From Macrostomum lignano (Eukaryota): a stretch of 64,000 bases of DNA. Shown here piece by piece: positions 24,121 to 37,459 of this stretch. Made by a program: the position numbers and the translations under genes. The stretch is from the NCBI GenBank assembly GCA_002269645.1, contig NIVC01003270.1, forward strand, positions 43,843 to 107,842, read 5' to 3'. The stretch's first letter is position 1; each line of letters starts with the position of its first letter. The notes under the pieces are model-generated. The model made no database searches. It was given only the letters and a program-made list of their open reading frames with translations, and was not told where the DNA came from.

Positions 24121-24500
24121 ATGTCCTTTGGGTCCTCTGAAACTTTTATCTTTTTTTCTGTTTCCTCTCTTCTCTCTCTCTCCTTTAATCTTTTTTCTTT
24201 TCTTCCCATTCTCCTATCCTATCTACTCTCTTCTCTTGCTCATCTATATTCTTTTTTTCTACTCTTTCCTGTATCCACTCTGGGCTCTCTCATCTTTCTC
24301 CTCTCTTTTCTTTTATCTCTTCTTTCTTTCATCTTATCTCTCCTCTCTCTTCTTGTCTCTCTTTTTTGCATCTTTTCCCCTCTATTATCCTCGCACTCCT
24401 CTTTCCCTTTTCCTTTTCTCTGCCTTCTCTTTCTCTCCTTACCCTCCTGTCTCCTCTTATACGAGCCTATTTTATCTATTCTCTTATCCTTTCTCTCAAC
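24121..24500. repeat. CT-rich low-complexity tract
   Basis: Polypyrimidine composition. The ORFs here are compositional artefacts. Confidence 0.85.
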
Positions 24501-25589
24501 ACATTTTATTGTCACATTGGCCACGTGATGTGATTGTCACATTGTCACATTGTCACACATTTTATTGTCACATGTGTGCATTATCAATTCTTTTATTGTC
24601 TATTAATTCTCTTTTCCACTTGCATCTACCCCTGTAGCCATTAGCTGGATTTTTTATCTGGCCTTTGAGATAAAAATCTGCCAATCCCTACTTCAAAAGC
24701 CAGTTGTACTCTCATGATTGTTTTATTCTATGGCCTATTTGTTGACTTCTTTGATCACATTATCTTTCTAGCCAATTTGCCATCCTAAGAAGAACTTGTA
24801 TATTCCTAGCTTCACAGCATAGGCAGCGGGAGCTTGCGGCACTGGGGGCACATGCCCCCCTCCCCCCCCCCCAAAATGAGTCTATGTGGTTATTTTAGTG
24901 CTTTTTCTGATTTTAGACCCTAATTAGCAATTACAAAGGTACCTGTGCCTTCCTTGCCCCTTGCCCCTTTTAAAATATTAGGCTCTGCCGCCACTGCTGA
25001 ACAGTTCCATATCTGATATTGTGGCTAACCTAGGGTTGATACTATAAAGTTTGTCCAATTGTTAACTAACTTTGCCTAGGAAAATAATATAAGTCAATAG
25101 AATACTCTTATTAAAAATTATTATTTAAACGGACCCTAAACTAATAATACATTTAAGTATAAGTGCTAAAAATCCTAGGAGCTAAAGTGGCTAAAATAAA
25201 GGAGAAACTTTTAAAAATCTTCTAAATAAAGAAAATAAAGGAGGGGTTTGCCAAAAAAGAGAACAAAGGAGATAAAGGAGATAAAAGAAGGTGTGGGCAC
25301 CTTGTTTTTTAGAGTAACTTGCCTAATACTAGACATGTGCCAAGCGCCATGCCAATGTATTCTAGCACAGCAGACAAGAGAAAAATTAGGCACAATATAG
25401 TATAAGTAAAGAAATCTATACAATTTAGTATTTAAGACAAAAATTTTAGATGAGACAATACTTTCTTTGTCAAAAAATTAGCTTATAATTTCTTTTTATC
25501 AGCACGTTTTGCTTGCCAAAATATCAATAGCTATTTGAATTAATTTATATAAACATTGCATTTTCTATGAAATATATTCAAATATGTTT

Positions 25590-27725
25590 TGTAATATATC
25601 TCCATATCTATTTTAAAAGGAATCATATTTTGTACTTATTTCTCACTGTATTATTTGTATTTCATATTTGTATTCTGTTTCTGCATTTACTGTACTTTTT
25701 AGTGTCTATACTCGTATTTATCTAATTTTGCATAATTGTTTTATAATGTAGTTTGTTTTATTGCTCAATGTAACTAATATATAATAAATATTGCTTGTAA
25801 GAGTTCGCCGCTCTGATTTGGCACTCTGGTCTTGACTGACGATTCAAATATTCAAATGAGACTTCTCAGCAACTAATTCATTACATTGGCAACCATGCCA
25901 GGACCCGGATTCCACAAGGGGACTCTGCTAGATCCTTCTGACCTCTAGCAGCTAGCGAATCAACACAAGCCAACACCAAAAAGCCAGCCAATGACAGCAG
26001 AGATGCCATGACTCCATGAGTGCAGGCATCCGAAGATTAGAAGATATTGAATCTGTGTTGTTTCAATTGTACTATATAGCAATTCCACTTAGTACTTGTA
26101 TTCTTTCATATCATATGTATTTTATACTGTATTTTGGCAATTGCCATAATGTACTTACTTTTCAAATAACATTAATAATTATTTTTTAATGTAACTGTTC
26201 ATTTTGTGAAGTGTCACCCAATGGCACTGCATCACAAAAGTGTGTACAAGTATTTCTTTTTTTGTAAAGTATTTTTACTTGATCCATACTGTTTGTGCTC
26301 TGTGCTGGTTGTAATGGGGAGAACCCAGGGCTCTGTTTTCCCTGTTAGGTTCTAGTCTATGTATTGTTTGTTTAACTTGCTTCTTATAAGGTACCAGACC
26401 ATTACATTGTTTTTTGTTAATGTGTTCTGCTATTCTCATATTGAATGCATAGTTGGGAAAGCAGTTAAATTTGTTCTAATAATTTCAATTTTATCTGTTC
26501 TTTTACTGTATATTTAATAGTTATTTTCATTACTGAAGTAGGGCGCATAGTAATTACTCGTTTCTGTCTATATTTCTTAGAAGAGCCGATTTCAAATTCG
26601 CGCTAAAACTTTGTTTTAATGTGGTGAGTTTCAAAAATATTTTTGCGATTAATATTTGTTATAAACTGTAATGATTTCTACTATAAATAGAAGCTCTGAG
26701 CGGGCCAGGAGGACTAACTCGGACTACTCGCCCAGCTCATTCAACTTGTTCGTTCGTGTGCTTTAGCAGAAGCTAAAAATTGACAAGAAGAATTGAAAAT
26801 TGGCTTGTTCATTTCTTAGAGTATAAACCCCAATTGGGAGAGTCAGAATCCGCTAAGAGCGAGAATCGCCTCAGGGCCGAAGAATCGCTTCAGAGCAGGA
26901 ATATTCACCTCAGGGCAGGAGAACCGCCTCAGAGTGAGGGAAAGATCGCCTCAGGGCAGAGATTTCGCTTAGAGCTGTGACCCTCTGATCCCGGGAACGC
27001 CCAGGACTGAGAAAATAATATCTTTAGAGGAATATAGGAATAGAATAGACAGTGCCTAAAAAGACCGCTCAGGCCAGAAAGTACAATAAAAGTACATACG
27101 CTACCAATAAAAGTACATACGCTACCAATAGAAGTACATACGCTACTAGTAAAAGGCAGATAATAACCAGCAATATTAACAAGAAGGAATAACCCCTGTA
27201 ACAGCTTGGTGGCAGCAAGTAAGGCTAGACAAAGGAATAAATAAGCACCCTGTAACAACTTTAGTGACAGCGGTGAAATCATTTGTAGGGACAGAAGTTA
27301 CCCCTACAACAACTTTGGTGTCAGCGGTTGAAATTGTATAGAGAGACGGAGCCTTACAACATTACTTTGTATTGTACTTTTTGTACTTTTATTGACAATG
27401 TGGACATTGTCCTTTCCAAGAGGAGGATAATGTAATGTATCTCCATATCTATTTTAAAAGGAATTATATTTGTACTTATTTCTCACTGAATTATTTGTAT
27501 TTCATATTTGTATTCTATTTCTGTATTTACTGTACTTTTTAGTGTATGTACTTGTGTTTATATAATTTTGCATAATTGTTTTATAATGTAGTTTGTTTTA
27601 TTGCTCAATGTAACTAATATATAATAAATATCACTTGTAAGAGTTTGCCACTCTGATTTGGCACTTTGGTCTTAACTGACGATTCAAATATTCAAATGAG
27701 ACTTCTTGGCAACTAATTCATTATA
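25590..27725 (+). mobile_element. Non-autonomous LTR retrotransposon (TRIM/LARD-like)
   Basis: LTRs at 25590-25885 and 27431-27725 (TGTAAT...ATTACA/ATTATA, ~20 differences by eye). PBS TGGCAACCATGCCAGGAC at 25887, polypurine AAGAGGAGGATAA before the 3' LTR, 4-bp TSD GTTT. No pol ORF. Confidence 0.9.
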
Positions 27726-28437
27726 GTTTTACTAGCATTTTTCAAATAAAAAATTACTAATTTAGTAATTTTTCAAAAAGTTTTGTACCATATGGCACAA
27801 ACAAACTTTTTTATAGATTTGTTCTGGCACAGGTATATGATGATCCCCATAGTCCATTTCATTACAGTTAACAATTCTAGACAAAAATTAGTCTTGGCAT
27901 AAATGCTTGGGGTAAGATTTAATAGAAAAATAGACTGGCATAAATGATGGGCATAAAAACAACTATAGATAATCTTTTGGTTTATTTCCCTGACCAAAAA
28001 TAAACGCAACTGGCCAACCAACCATGTTTCAATTACTGTAACTTATTTAAAGTATTTGAATAAAATGGAGAATTTAAATAACTACACATTTTATAATTTG
28101 TATAAAGTAAGACAAAGTTAAAAATCTAGAAATTAAATTGTAATGCAAAACTTTTATGTTATTCTGTTTTTATTACTTATATGTTTCTAAGGTTTTAATT
28201 TTAATAGACAAATAAAATCATTAATAAACTTTTTTGAAATAAAAAATGTTTGTACAAACTGCCCTGCGCCTTAGTCTAGGTATTATGCCTGGCGTGTGCC
28301 ATGTGGTACATAAGTCTGGCGTAAATGATGAAATTTCATCAGTTTTTCTCCAGCATAACTCCAAGCATGAAATGGACTATGGCATGATCCTAACTAGGCC
28401 TATGGCTTTAATGGACCTCTTCCCAAATTTAATTCAG

Positions 28438-28998
28438 CAATAGTGTAGTTTTGTTCGCGAAATTATTTTTTGTTTAAATTTGAAGTTGGAAACCAGAAAA
28501 CAATAACAACAATAAAAAATGATATTTTAAACTATTCTAACGATTGTGGCAGAGACCGTGGCAGCTATCAGGTTGCGTGCATTTAGCTCTATTTGGGGTA
28601 GAGCATTTGCTAGCAGCACTTCATTTGGTAGAGTTATCTATGAGGGTCTTGGTGTTCATCTAGCCATGATGCAATATGTTGTCCAAAAGAAAAAGTAGAT
28701 ATTAGCAGCTTCTCAGCTAAAGGGAAATAGTTCAAGCCCCCCCCCCCAGCTTAAGCCCCATTTAGATTTTTTTAACTATTTTTTCCATAGACAACTTGCG
28801 TTTCAAGTAGCATTTGAGTATGGCACAGATTTAATGAAAAAAGTATATGAATAGAGCGCCCATTTGCTTTAAAGTTCCGTGACCAATGAGCTCTGGACCA
28901 GTTGCTAGAATGGTTTAAAACATTGTTGTTATTGTTTTCTGGTTTTGAACTTTCAAATTTAAATGAAAAATAATTTCGCAAATGAAACTGCACTATTG
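28438..28998. mobile_element. Foldback/MITE with ~110-bp imperfect inverted arms
   Basis: CAATAGTG..CGAAATTATTTTT..TTTAAATTTGAA..AACCAGAAAACAATAACAACAAT is matched in inverted orientation at the right end. Confidence 0.7.
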
Positions 28999-31518
28999 CC
29001 TTTAATTCAAATGCACACATGCCAAATTCTTAACTATGATATTGCAAAGCATATCATTAGAATATTTACAAAGAAAATTAAAAAGTTATAGTCTAAGTCT
29101 ACTCTAAAAATTAGGTCTTTAAGAATTTGTTCCACATAGGACTAAGAATTTCCTTCCAAAATATCATCTTCAGGAATATGGCCTAAATTCTAAAATGAAT
29201 CTGCTGAAATTTTGTTCAATGTTCATTAAAGTGACTTCACTAAATTAATGTTCCAAATAAAGGCCTAACCTAATTTTGGCATACTGCATTCTGGAAAAGG
29301 CATTAAAAAATTAACTAGACCTAAATAGGTCTAGATAGATATTTCAAACTAACACAGGCAAAATGATCATACAGCATGCACCTTGGCTTGAGTTAGGTGA
29401 AATGGTCAAAAATGATACTTACGACTGGGTGTTAAATAATATTGATTGTTATTAAACAGGACTATATAACATAGTACTGTACTACTGTTACTGTATAGTG
29501 TATATATTCAATTTATACTAGGCTAACCTACTAAACTAAACATGCTAACAGATAGGCACCCAACCATAACAATAGTGCCTCTAGAGTGCACACAGGGACG
29601 ATGCCCTAGCCCCTGGGCATGAACATACTGTCACTAACAAGTGAACAACAATAGAAGTAAGTGTCTATGTCTAGGACGAGCACTGAGCAGCAACGATGTG
29701 AAAGTTTAAAACAAAATCGTAGAATTTTGGTAAAATTCTACTGTTAAATTTTTTTATTTTTTTAACAAAATGTAAACTCTTTTTTAAATATTGATTAACT
29801 ATTATATAGTATTGAGAGGTAAAATTATTTAAAATAAAAATAAATTGTTATTTAAATATATTAAGAAAACTAACTCAAATCAACACTATCTTCCGGAAGC
29901 CAATGCCTCACAAAATGTTCAACAGGTGGTTTCCGTTTTATTCTTCCAGCCCTAACTACCATTAAAATTATCTAATTTTTATATTGGTTTTTATTTAACA
30001 GTATTGACACCTTAGTCGTATTTATATGTCCGGACTACTAAAGAGAAGGACCAACACTCAAAATATAATGGAAAATGTTTTGAAGGCCACTGTTCCAAAC
30101 AATTTCACTTTTGAATGGATGCACGGGAACATTAGAAATGTATACTCCTTTAAGAATAAAATACCATTCGCGGCTTTGGCTAAATCTAATTTTTTTAATT
30201 TACTTTTTCAAGGCAGACAACCCATTTTTTCAACAAGGTGTGCCATTACTATGTACTATCTACATATAAAATTAGTGCAAACTGATTGCCTATATATGAG
30301 ACTGCTTCAGCAAGTTTTATCGTTCTAGTGATCGTATAGTCGCTGCAGGATGAGCAATTAAGAAGCACCTTGCGCTTGTAGTGGTGCATATAGTTTTGCT
30401 ACAGCAGTAATTATTATGATCTTGTCGAGCTCTTGGTTCATATAGCTGCTATTACATGTAGTTAAAGGCCTGTCTGGTAGGAGCGCAGAAACATTTCACC
30501 CAGCTGGTTTCGAGAGCTTTTACATGTAGATGCAGCAGATAGGGCCTAGTGTACGGAGTTAGCTGAAGTTGTCCAAATTGTTGAGACGGCACATACATGT
30601 ACTACATGTATCAGGCAGGGCATCTCAATCTAGATGTATATCCGACTTCTTCCGCGCGGCCCGGACTTACGACAGAAAGAATTGAGGCAGCAAATGCAAG
30701 CTAGGGAGGGCACTCGCCGTGCGTTTATTTCGATTCCGACTTGTACTATATGTGATTTTTGTTACTGATCATGCAACTTCAAGATGCATGAAGCGTACGT
30801 GAATAATACGGATCGTTTAGAGCCCTCATAGAGCTGTATGCTGACGCTGCAGCTTGCCTGCACTGCAGGGGCTGCTGAATTTTAATTGTGCTGCACGCCG
30901 TTTGTAGAACGTAAGGTAGCTAGTCAGGCATGTTTTGTGACCTCGTTTCTTGCTTTTGCTCTTCATCGATCCCGAGCATTGATTTTGAATATCTAATAGT
31001 ACAGTGTTATTTACCACCTATTTAAAACATGTACATCTGTCTTCTTGCAGGGCACAAGTGAACGAAAGAGCTGCTGTGCTGCTATGGCACCATGCATATA
31101 CTACTCTAGCTGGATTGCCAAACTTTTCATGACTACATGTACACCTGTGTTTTGTAAATTCAAGGCTCAAGCCAACCGTTAAATGAATGAAAAGCAGAAC
31201 TAAAAAGCGTCAAGCTTTTACGTTGACTTTGCAGCCGCATATAAGAGCTAATCGGTAAAAGCTGGCATCCTGAACCCATATTGTAGTGCTGCAATAACTT
31301 AGGCTTTTATTTTTGCAAGCTCGCATCGATTTTGAAGATTTTTGTCTTCACGATCAATACAGCTAAAAGCTTTCAAACAATAGTAAAATTGACATTTCAA
31401 AAGACCAATACACAACTGGATTCTAGTATAAAAACTCCAGTTAGAAAGGAAATTAAAGAAATCGCTTCTCCATCAGTTCGCTTCCCAGAAAATACGCATT
31501 GGTCGGCATCCGATTTAA

Positions 31519-31867
31519 ATGTCCAAGCTGGAATTAAAAACGTTCTGTACGTCTGCAGCTGCCTGCGTTGCCATGCTTATTCTCATTGAGATATTTTTTA
31601 AAATCCGCTACGCTTCAGCTGCAAATATCCAGTTTAAAAAGACTAAACTTTGCCCAGCTTCTGAGCAGATACGGCAGATAAAGCTGAGCAGTAAAATCCA
31701 GTGCGCCGCTGCGTGCAGCGCTGATAAGCTTTGCGACGCGTTTCATTTCGACAGGATAAGCCGGATCTGCTACATTGGAGACGCCTGCGCAAATAAAATG
31801 CTGTGGACTGCTGGAGCATGCGACTCGCACGTGTACTATCCAGGCCATGTTGTCAGCAATGTGAAGG
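31519..31867 (+). CDS. Secreted PAN/apple + ConA-like domain protein A, exon 1 (signal peptide, PAN domain)
   Basis: Hydrophobic N-terminus, PAN-type Cys pattern CAAACSADKLCDAFHF...CYI. Donor AAGG|GTAAGT, phase 1. The start ATG could be 31519 or the downstream MLILI. Confidence 0.75.
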
Positions 31868-31942
31868 GTAAGTGCATCGCATATTTCAAGTACTGTACAA
31901 CTGCATGAATCGCTTACACTCTCGGACACTCATTCTACTCAG

Positions 31943-32198
31943 ACCGAAAATCGACATTCTTCAAGCGCCTACAGCTGCTGCTGTTTTACCGGTTCAAGAA
32001 GAATGGTTTGGTGAACGAAGTGGACTCGAGGCGATTCTGTTTGAAAGCGCACGATGTGACAGTCGGCAGTGACGGAGCCGAGTTCAAGGGCAGCCCGAGT
32101 TCTTACCTGAGCGCGGAGACTCCAGGATTTAATGAATACCTCGACTATGGGAAGAGTTACTCGTTTTACCTTCTGGTTCGGCATGTCATGGATTGCGA
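31943..32198 (+). CDS. Protein A, exon 2
   Basis: Acceptor ctactcag|AC. Reads DRKSTFFKRLQLLLFYRFKKNGLVNEVD...SYSFYLLVRH and is collinear with paralogue B. Donor GA|GTACGT, phase 2. Confidence 0.75.
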
Positions 32199-32302
32199 GT
32201 ACGTTGCCTTCTAATTATAATAGGTCACTTTTCAAATTTACAGTATGCATGAACGTTGAGTCAACTACATGTATGAATTCCAAAACTGCCAATAAATTTC
32301 AG

Positions 32303-32741
32303 GTATCAATACTATCATTCGTTCTGGAGCTGTGGCAGCTCTCCTGAAAGAAGCAATTCATTTGCTAAGCGTTCGAACTTCATATACGGCTATTCGTACT
32401 GGACTCAGGGCGACTACAAGAGGTTCCTGGCCGAGTCTGAGACTTTCCTGCCTGAGACCACTCAGCCAGCCCTGCTGTCTGTCGGTTGCGCTTACAACAG
32501 AACTGCCTACCAGCACTTCTACTTTAACGGCTTGGTGTATGACAACTTCAAGAAGGCTCATCCGATGCAACCGGGAGCTTCAGTTAATCCATCTAGTTTT
32601 GACTGTCTAAAACTGGGATATTCTCCAGACTCCTCTATCAGTCTAAATGGCTCTCTTTACTGCTATGGCATGAGCTCGAAAATATTGAATCAGGAAGAGT
32701 TCAAAGAGCTGGAGGACTTCTGCACCAACGCTAGTGATTAA
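32303..32741 (+). CDS. Protein A, exon 3 (LamG/pentraxin-like C-terminus)
   Basis: Acceptor aatttcag|G, open to TAA at 32741. Ends LNGSLYCYGMSSKILNQEEF, like the NG-x-I...RAL-x-x-EEI end of ConA-like folds. Total 347 aa. Confidence 0.72.
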
Positions 32742-33284
32742 CCAGCGATGAGGACTGAGATTGAAAAGTGAATCTCTAACTCGTGTTATCGCAAAGAAAT
32801 TGCATGATCTAAAAAATTGTGTTTCTCCTGCTCGACGTCGAATTTCTCCTGCTCTTGATTTTCTTTCTGACATATCACCAGATCTGCTTGCTTTTGTCGT
32901 GCACGGGACTTGGATTTCCTTGAATTATCCTCGCGCAGAATTTTGTGTTTGGAACCAAGGCGAATAACAATGTGAAAAAGACGAATAAATATCACGGCTC
33001 CTGTTTAAATACTGAGTAGAAAGCTTTCGCACGTCCGTCAAACAAAGAATCTCGTTATATCGCAAGATAGTCTTTTGTATTTCATTTTCAGGAATAAATC
33101 ATTCTTTTCATGTTATACCAGCTAAATCACACCGTTGAAAATCTTCGAATTTACAAAAAGCAGAAATCAAGTTAAAATCATAGTTTTCGTTTGCATGGTT
33201 AAAAATTCGAGTAGTATTGCGGTACATAACGAAACCGAGGTATCGCTTATTCTATCAAGTCCACTGTCTTTACTCAGTTGAACT

Positions 33285-33382
33285 CAAGGACAACTTGATA
33301 ACTCAGGACCAGAAACGAGCCTCATACTTTTTTTCGCCATGAATTGGCTCGTTTCCGGTCCTGAGTTATCAAGTTGTCCTTG
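33285..33382. other. Near-perfect 37-bp-arm hairpin
   Basis: CAAGGACAACTTGATAACTCAGGACCAGAAACGAGCC, a 24-nt loop, then the reverse complement with one mismatch. Confidence 0.9.
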
Positions 33383-33907
33383 GGTACGATGCTACACAAC
33401 TCATTGTGCATTATGGCCTTAGTGTTCGTCCTCAAGACCTAGAATTTCAGGACACTTCTAAATTACATGTACATGTAATCGCTTTCCAAACCTCGAACGA
33501 TATTGCAGCTCTGCCACTTATAATCTGACTTGCCTTGACTCCTTTCTTAATTGAAGTACATTTAAGTTGTCATCATTTGGTCGGCTGCCTAGCTGATGAA
33601 AGCAAAAACCCAGAGAAAACAGGATGCGAAAAGCGATTGCGACCAATTAGGCCACCACGAGAAGTAAATTGCGAGCGTACTTAGGAGTTGTTTTATTTGT
33701 TATTTCCAAGAGGGCCGCCGAGAAACTGAGGATTTGGATTCGTAAAACGTCTATTTTGAGGTTTACTAAAGTTTCACAAATTTTTTTCGATGATTTCAGG
33801 CAATATTTTTAACCAATAACTCATTATTTAAGTTCATTATTGCTTGGCGTGCCTATTGTAACATCATTTCGAGTCTTATTGAATAGCAGATTAAAATAAG
33901 CAGCTGG

Positions 33908-34341
33908 TTAGCAGAATTCTTCCATCAGTTGAAACTCTTCAGGACTCAGAGCTCTGGTGCTCATCGCAAAGCAAGCCATGCTGCCATTGAGGCACGAGAC
34001 GATCGGCAGAACGCAGCCGAGCTGCAGACGCTCGAATACGCTGCCAGGAGCGAAAAATGTTTCGGAACTGATAACTGGCATCGGCACCAGGGAGCGGTTC
34101 CAGTAGGCCTCGTGCGCGGTCCCATTGAATTGATAGCCAATTGACAGCTCAGCAGGTTGTTCAAGATTTGGCAACTTCTTTGAAGCTTGCATCGTCTGGA
34201 AGTCACTGCGCGAAGTCCAGAGAATTGATAGTAGAGCCCCATTGAAACTCTTAAGCAGCAGTCCTGGTGGCGAACTCTTAGCTGACTGTCGAAACATGAA
34301 GTATCCGTGTTCACTTAAACAACAGGAGTAGTGGAGTCGTT
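33908..34341 (-). CDS. Protein B, exon 3
   Basis: Open to TAA at 33908. Ends LNGSMACFAMSTRALSPEEFQLMEEFC, homologous to the end of gene A. The 5' boundary (aatag|AA) is tentative. Confidence 0.68.
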
Positions 34342-34389
34342 CTATTACCTCGGAAGTTAAGTTTTAGTAAACAAGAAAACGTTTCTCAC

Positions 34390-34648
34390 GTTTCACTCGT
34401 GACTCGATGCCGAACTCGCATGAAGAATGAGTAAGCGTTTTGATTCCCTATCAAATGCTCGAACCCCGGAGTTTGAGCAATCAGGTAAGAGCTGATGTGA
34501 TTCTTGAACTCAGCTCCGTCAGTACCAATTGGCACATTGCCGGAGAGTAGGCAAAACTGGCTGGGATCCACTTCGTTCACCAGGCCGCTCCGCCTGAAGC
34601 TGTAGAAGAGCTTCACCTGCAGCTGCTTGAACATCCGCGATCTCGTCT
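34390..34648 (-). CDS. Protein B, exon 2
   Basis: Acceptor ttttccag|AG. Reads KQLQVKLFYSFRRSGLVNEVD...YSFFMRVRH. The donor is ambiguous: GT at 34389 (phase 2) or GT at 34396 (phase 1). Only the latter joins exon 3 in frame. Confidence 0.7.
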
Positions 34649-35002
34649 CTGGAAAAATTTTGAAGTTTCCCTAATAGATAATTTAAATATTCCAGAAAGG
34701 TTTGCTGGCACCCTCGCGCAATGCCTTTGTCTATTCCGTTGACTCCTGGGCATATACGAGCCAATACTGTACGAGGACTTTCTGATCGTCAGGCATATGC
34801 ACTGTAGGAAAATAACTGAAGAAATAACACTGGCCAGCCCCAGCCTCTGTGTGTCTCGGCAAGCCCCAACGTCCACAAATGAGATTGGCCGCGCGCAGAA
34901 ACGAACCAAGAGTTATGACGCGAAAGTCAGACAACTACTACTGCCAAGCTACAGTGCCCCTCAAGTTCCCCTTCGAAGAAGAGTCTCATAAAAAATCCTC
35001 AC

Positions 35003-35297
35003 CCTTGCCAGCGGACACCTTGCGATATGACTTGCAGTTCCCGGCTGACCAGCGCGCTATCATGGAGCACTCCGACATTGCCAGGTAGCAAGCGCCTGCA
35101 GTTCCAGGACTAAAGTGAAATCCTTTGCACAGGGTCTGAGCACTGCAGACTCGAGCACACTGCATCGTATTTGTAATTTGCAGCTTTGGGTCAACCGATT
35201 TTGGACACATTTTAACCTTCTCGAACTGGACTACGTCACTGGCTGTAGATTTTTCAACTAGCAGAAGCAACAGCGCTGTCGCAAGAAAAATAGTCAT
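35003..35297 (-). CDS. Secreted PAN/apple + ConA-like domain protein B, exon 1
   Basis: Signal peptide MTIFLATALLLLLVEKSTAS, PAN pattern CARVCSAQTLCKGFHF...CYL. Donor AAGG|GTGAGG at the same position and phase as in gene A. Confidence 0.8.
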
Positions 35298-35609
35298 TTT
35301 AGAATTAACCTACTCGAAACTACGGGTAAGAACAGGAACTCACATCTGGAGCCGCAATCTTCGGTACAGCTGTTTTTATATTGTAGAAACCATTGTTTGC
35401 TAATCATTGCAAGCTGGAGTCTGCTTGTGGAGCCAAAAGAGAAACTCTTTTTTATTTGCCGGTGAAACTAAACCGGACATCGGTAATACCTGTGCAAATG
35501 ATCCGTAGGACACCACGAATCCTGTGCTTCCCTACTCCGGAAGCATGTCATGAATTTACCTTAGTGCCAATTAGTGCCGTCACACGTAACACAAAGTTGA
35601 TCTGACTGT

Positions 35610-36065
<456 letters not shown>

Positions 36066-37227
36066 ATATTTATCAATTGATAAAGTGAAACTTTTTTTAG
36101 AAATGCCGAGGTGACCGGGTGCTCCAACTGAGTTGCACCAACGGTGAGTTGCTGCTGCTGGTGGCCACTTGTTTAACATTTGCTCTTCGTATGTTGCTAT
36201 GTTGTATTTTGGAGACAAAACCAAGTTTCAGATAGTAACTCAAAAGCCTGCATACATGTACATGTATTTTTATGGCGAGTAATTCTCATAGCTGATTCTG
36301 GGTCCGCGCTGATCTAAATTGTTTACCTTCTTAACACGATTTTTTAACTGCTTTGAGACAATTATTTTTTTAGACTAAAACATATTTGTATATGGAAAAA
36401 GAAATGGACAAGCAGACACTCGGAGAGGCAGACACTTTTTTATTGTAATCGGTCACTGTCAGTGTCACTGAGTACATCTGTCACTACATTTATTACTTTT
36501 TAAATTGCACTGTTCCAAACAGCTCTGTGCAGTTTCCATTATCAATCCGAGTATTTCACCTTTTCAGCAATAAGTTCTTTAGTCCATGATAAAAAACTTG
36601 TGAATACCTTCGCTCCAATTAACTTGTATTGAGTTTGTCAGCAGTTGATGTGCATTGATGCCTCAGTCTCTATCTCTCTGAGCACAAATATACTCTGAGC
36701 TAATACAGACTATACAGGTGCGCACTTAAACAAACGCTTACACAGGGCGTATGAAAAGAAATTTGTTTCTCATTTATACCGATGAATTTTTAAATATTCC
36801 TATTCATTATCCTCGCAAGCTGCTTTTCCCTTTTGACTCTCAAACTGAGTGGTAAAATTTAAATTCATTTATTGACGCAGACACACGGTGGGCCTAATGG
36901 TCTTGGCGCCACCCCCGCAGTAGAAAAGAGATCCCGATGGAGGCTCATGCGGCTGCGACTGAAAGCAAATCGAGTCTCCCAACGTCACTCGGCTCACTGA
37001 TTCTGGCTAAGGGCACATCGAGTTAATGCATGGAGCTAATGGATTTCAATCCGGCTCATTCCGCTCCGACAGCTGTTTACCGACATGCAAGCGGCTGCCT
37101 GCTGAGAGTCTCCATGGCAACGCATCAATAAGGCTGCTGTTATTTAGCCTCTCTCTCGCACAAAGATTCGGCAATCTTCTGCTTAATGCCGCACTGACAA
37201 ACCCAGCCTGGCCATGCCTCTCTGCAG

Positions 37228-37459
37228 GATCCTCTGCGCTGCTCCGAGGTGTCTCCGAGTGACGAAGACGGCACCGCTTTTGTCCACAGCTTCTGGATAA
37301 TGACTCACGAGCTGTGCGGCAGCGTCTGCGCTCTGGGCGGCTTCCAGTTCGCGGCTCTGCATGCCACGTATTGGTGCACATGCGGCAACTCCTACGGGTC
37401 GCAGGGCGCTACTCCTGACTCGGACTGCTCCTTTGCCTGCAGTGGAACCTTTCATAATG
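37228..37459 (+). CDS. WSC-domain exon (partial gene or pseudogene)
   Basis: Acceptor ctctctgcag|GAT with an in-frame stop upstream. MTHELCGSVCALGGFQFAALHATYWCTCGN...DCSFACSG fits the WSC Cys pattern. The 3' end is uncertain and no partner exons were placed. Confidence 0.65.

Noticed and set aside
24121-24637. Hydrophobic membrane-protein-like ORFs
   Set aside because: Products of a CT-rich low-complexity tract.
36101-36143. Micro-exon candidate (KCRGDRVLQLSCTN) as partner of the WSC exon
   Set aside because: It ends in phase 1 while the WSC exon needs phase 0, so they cannot be joined directly.
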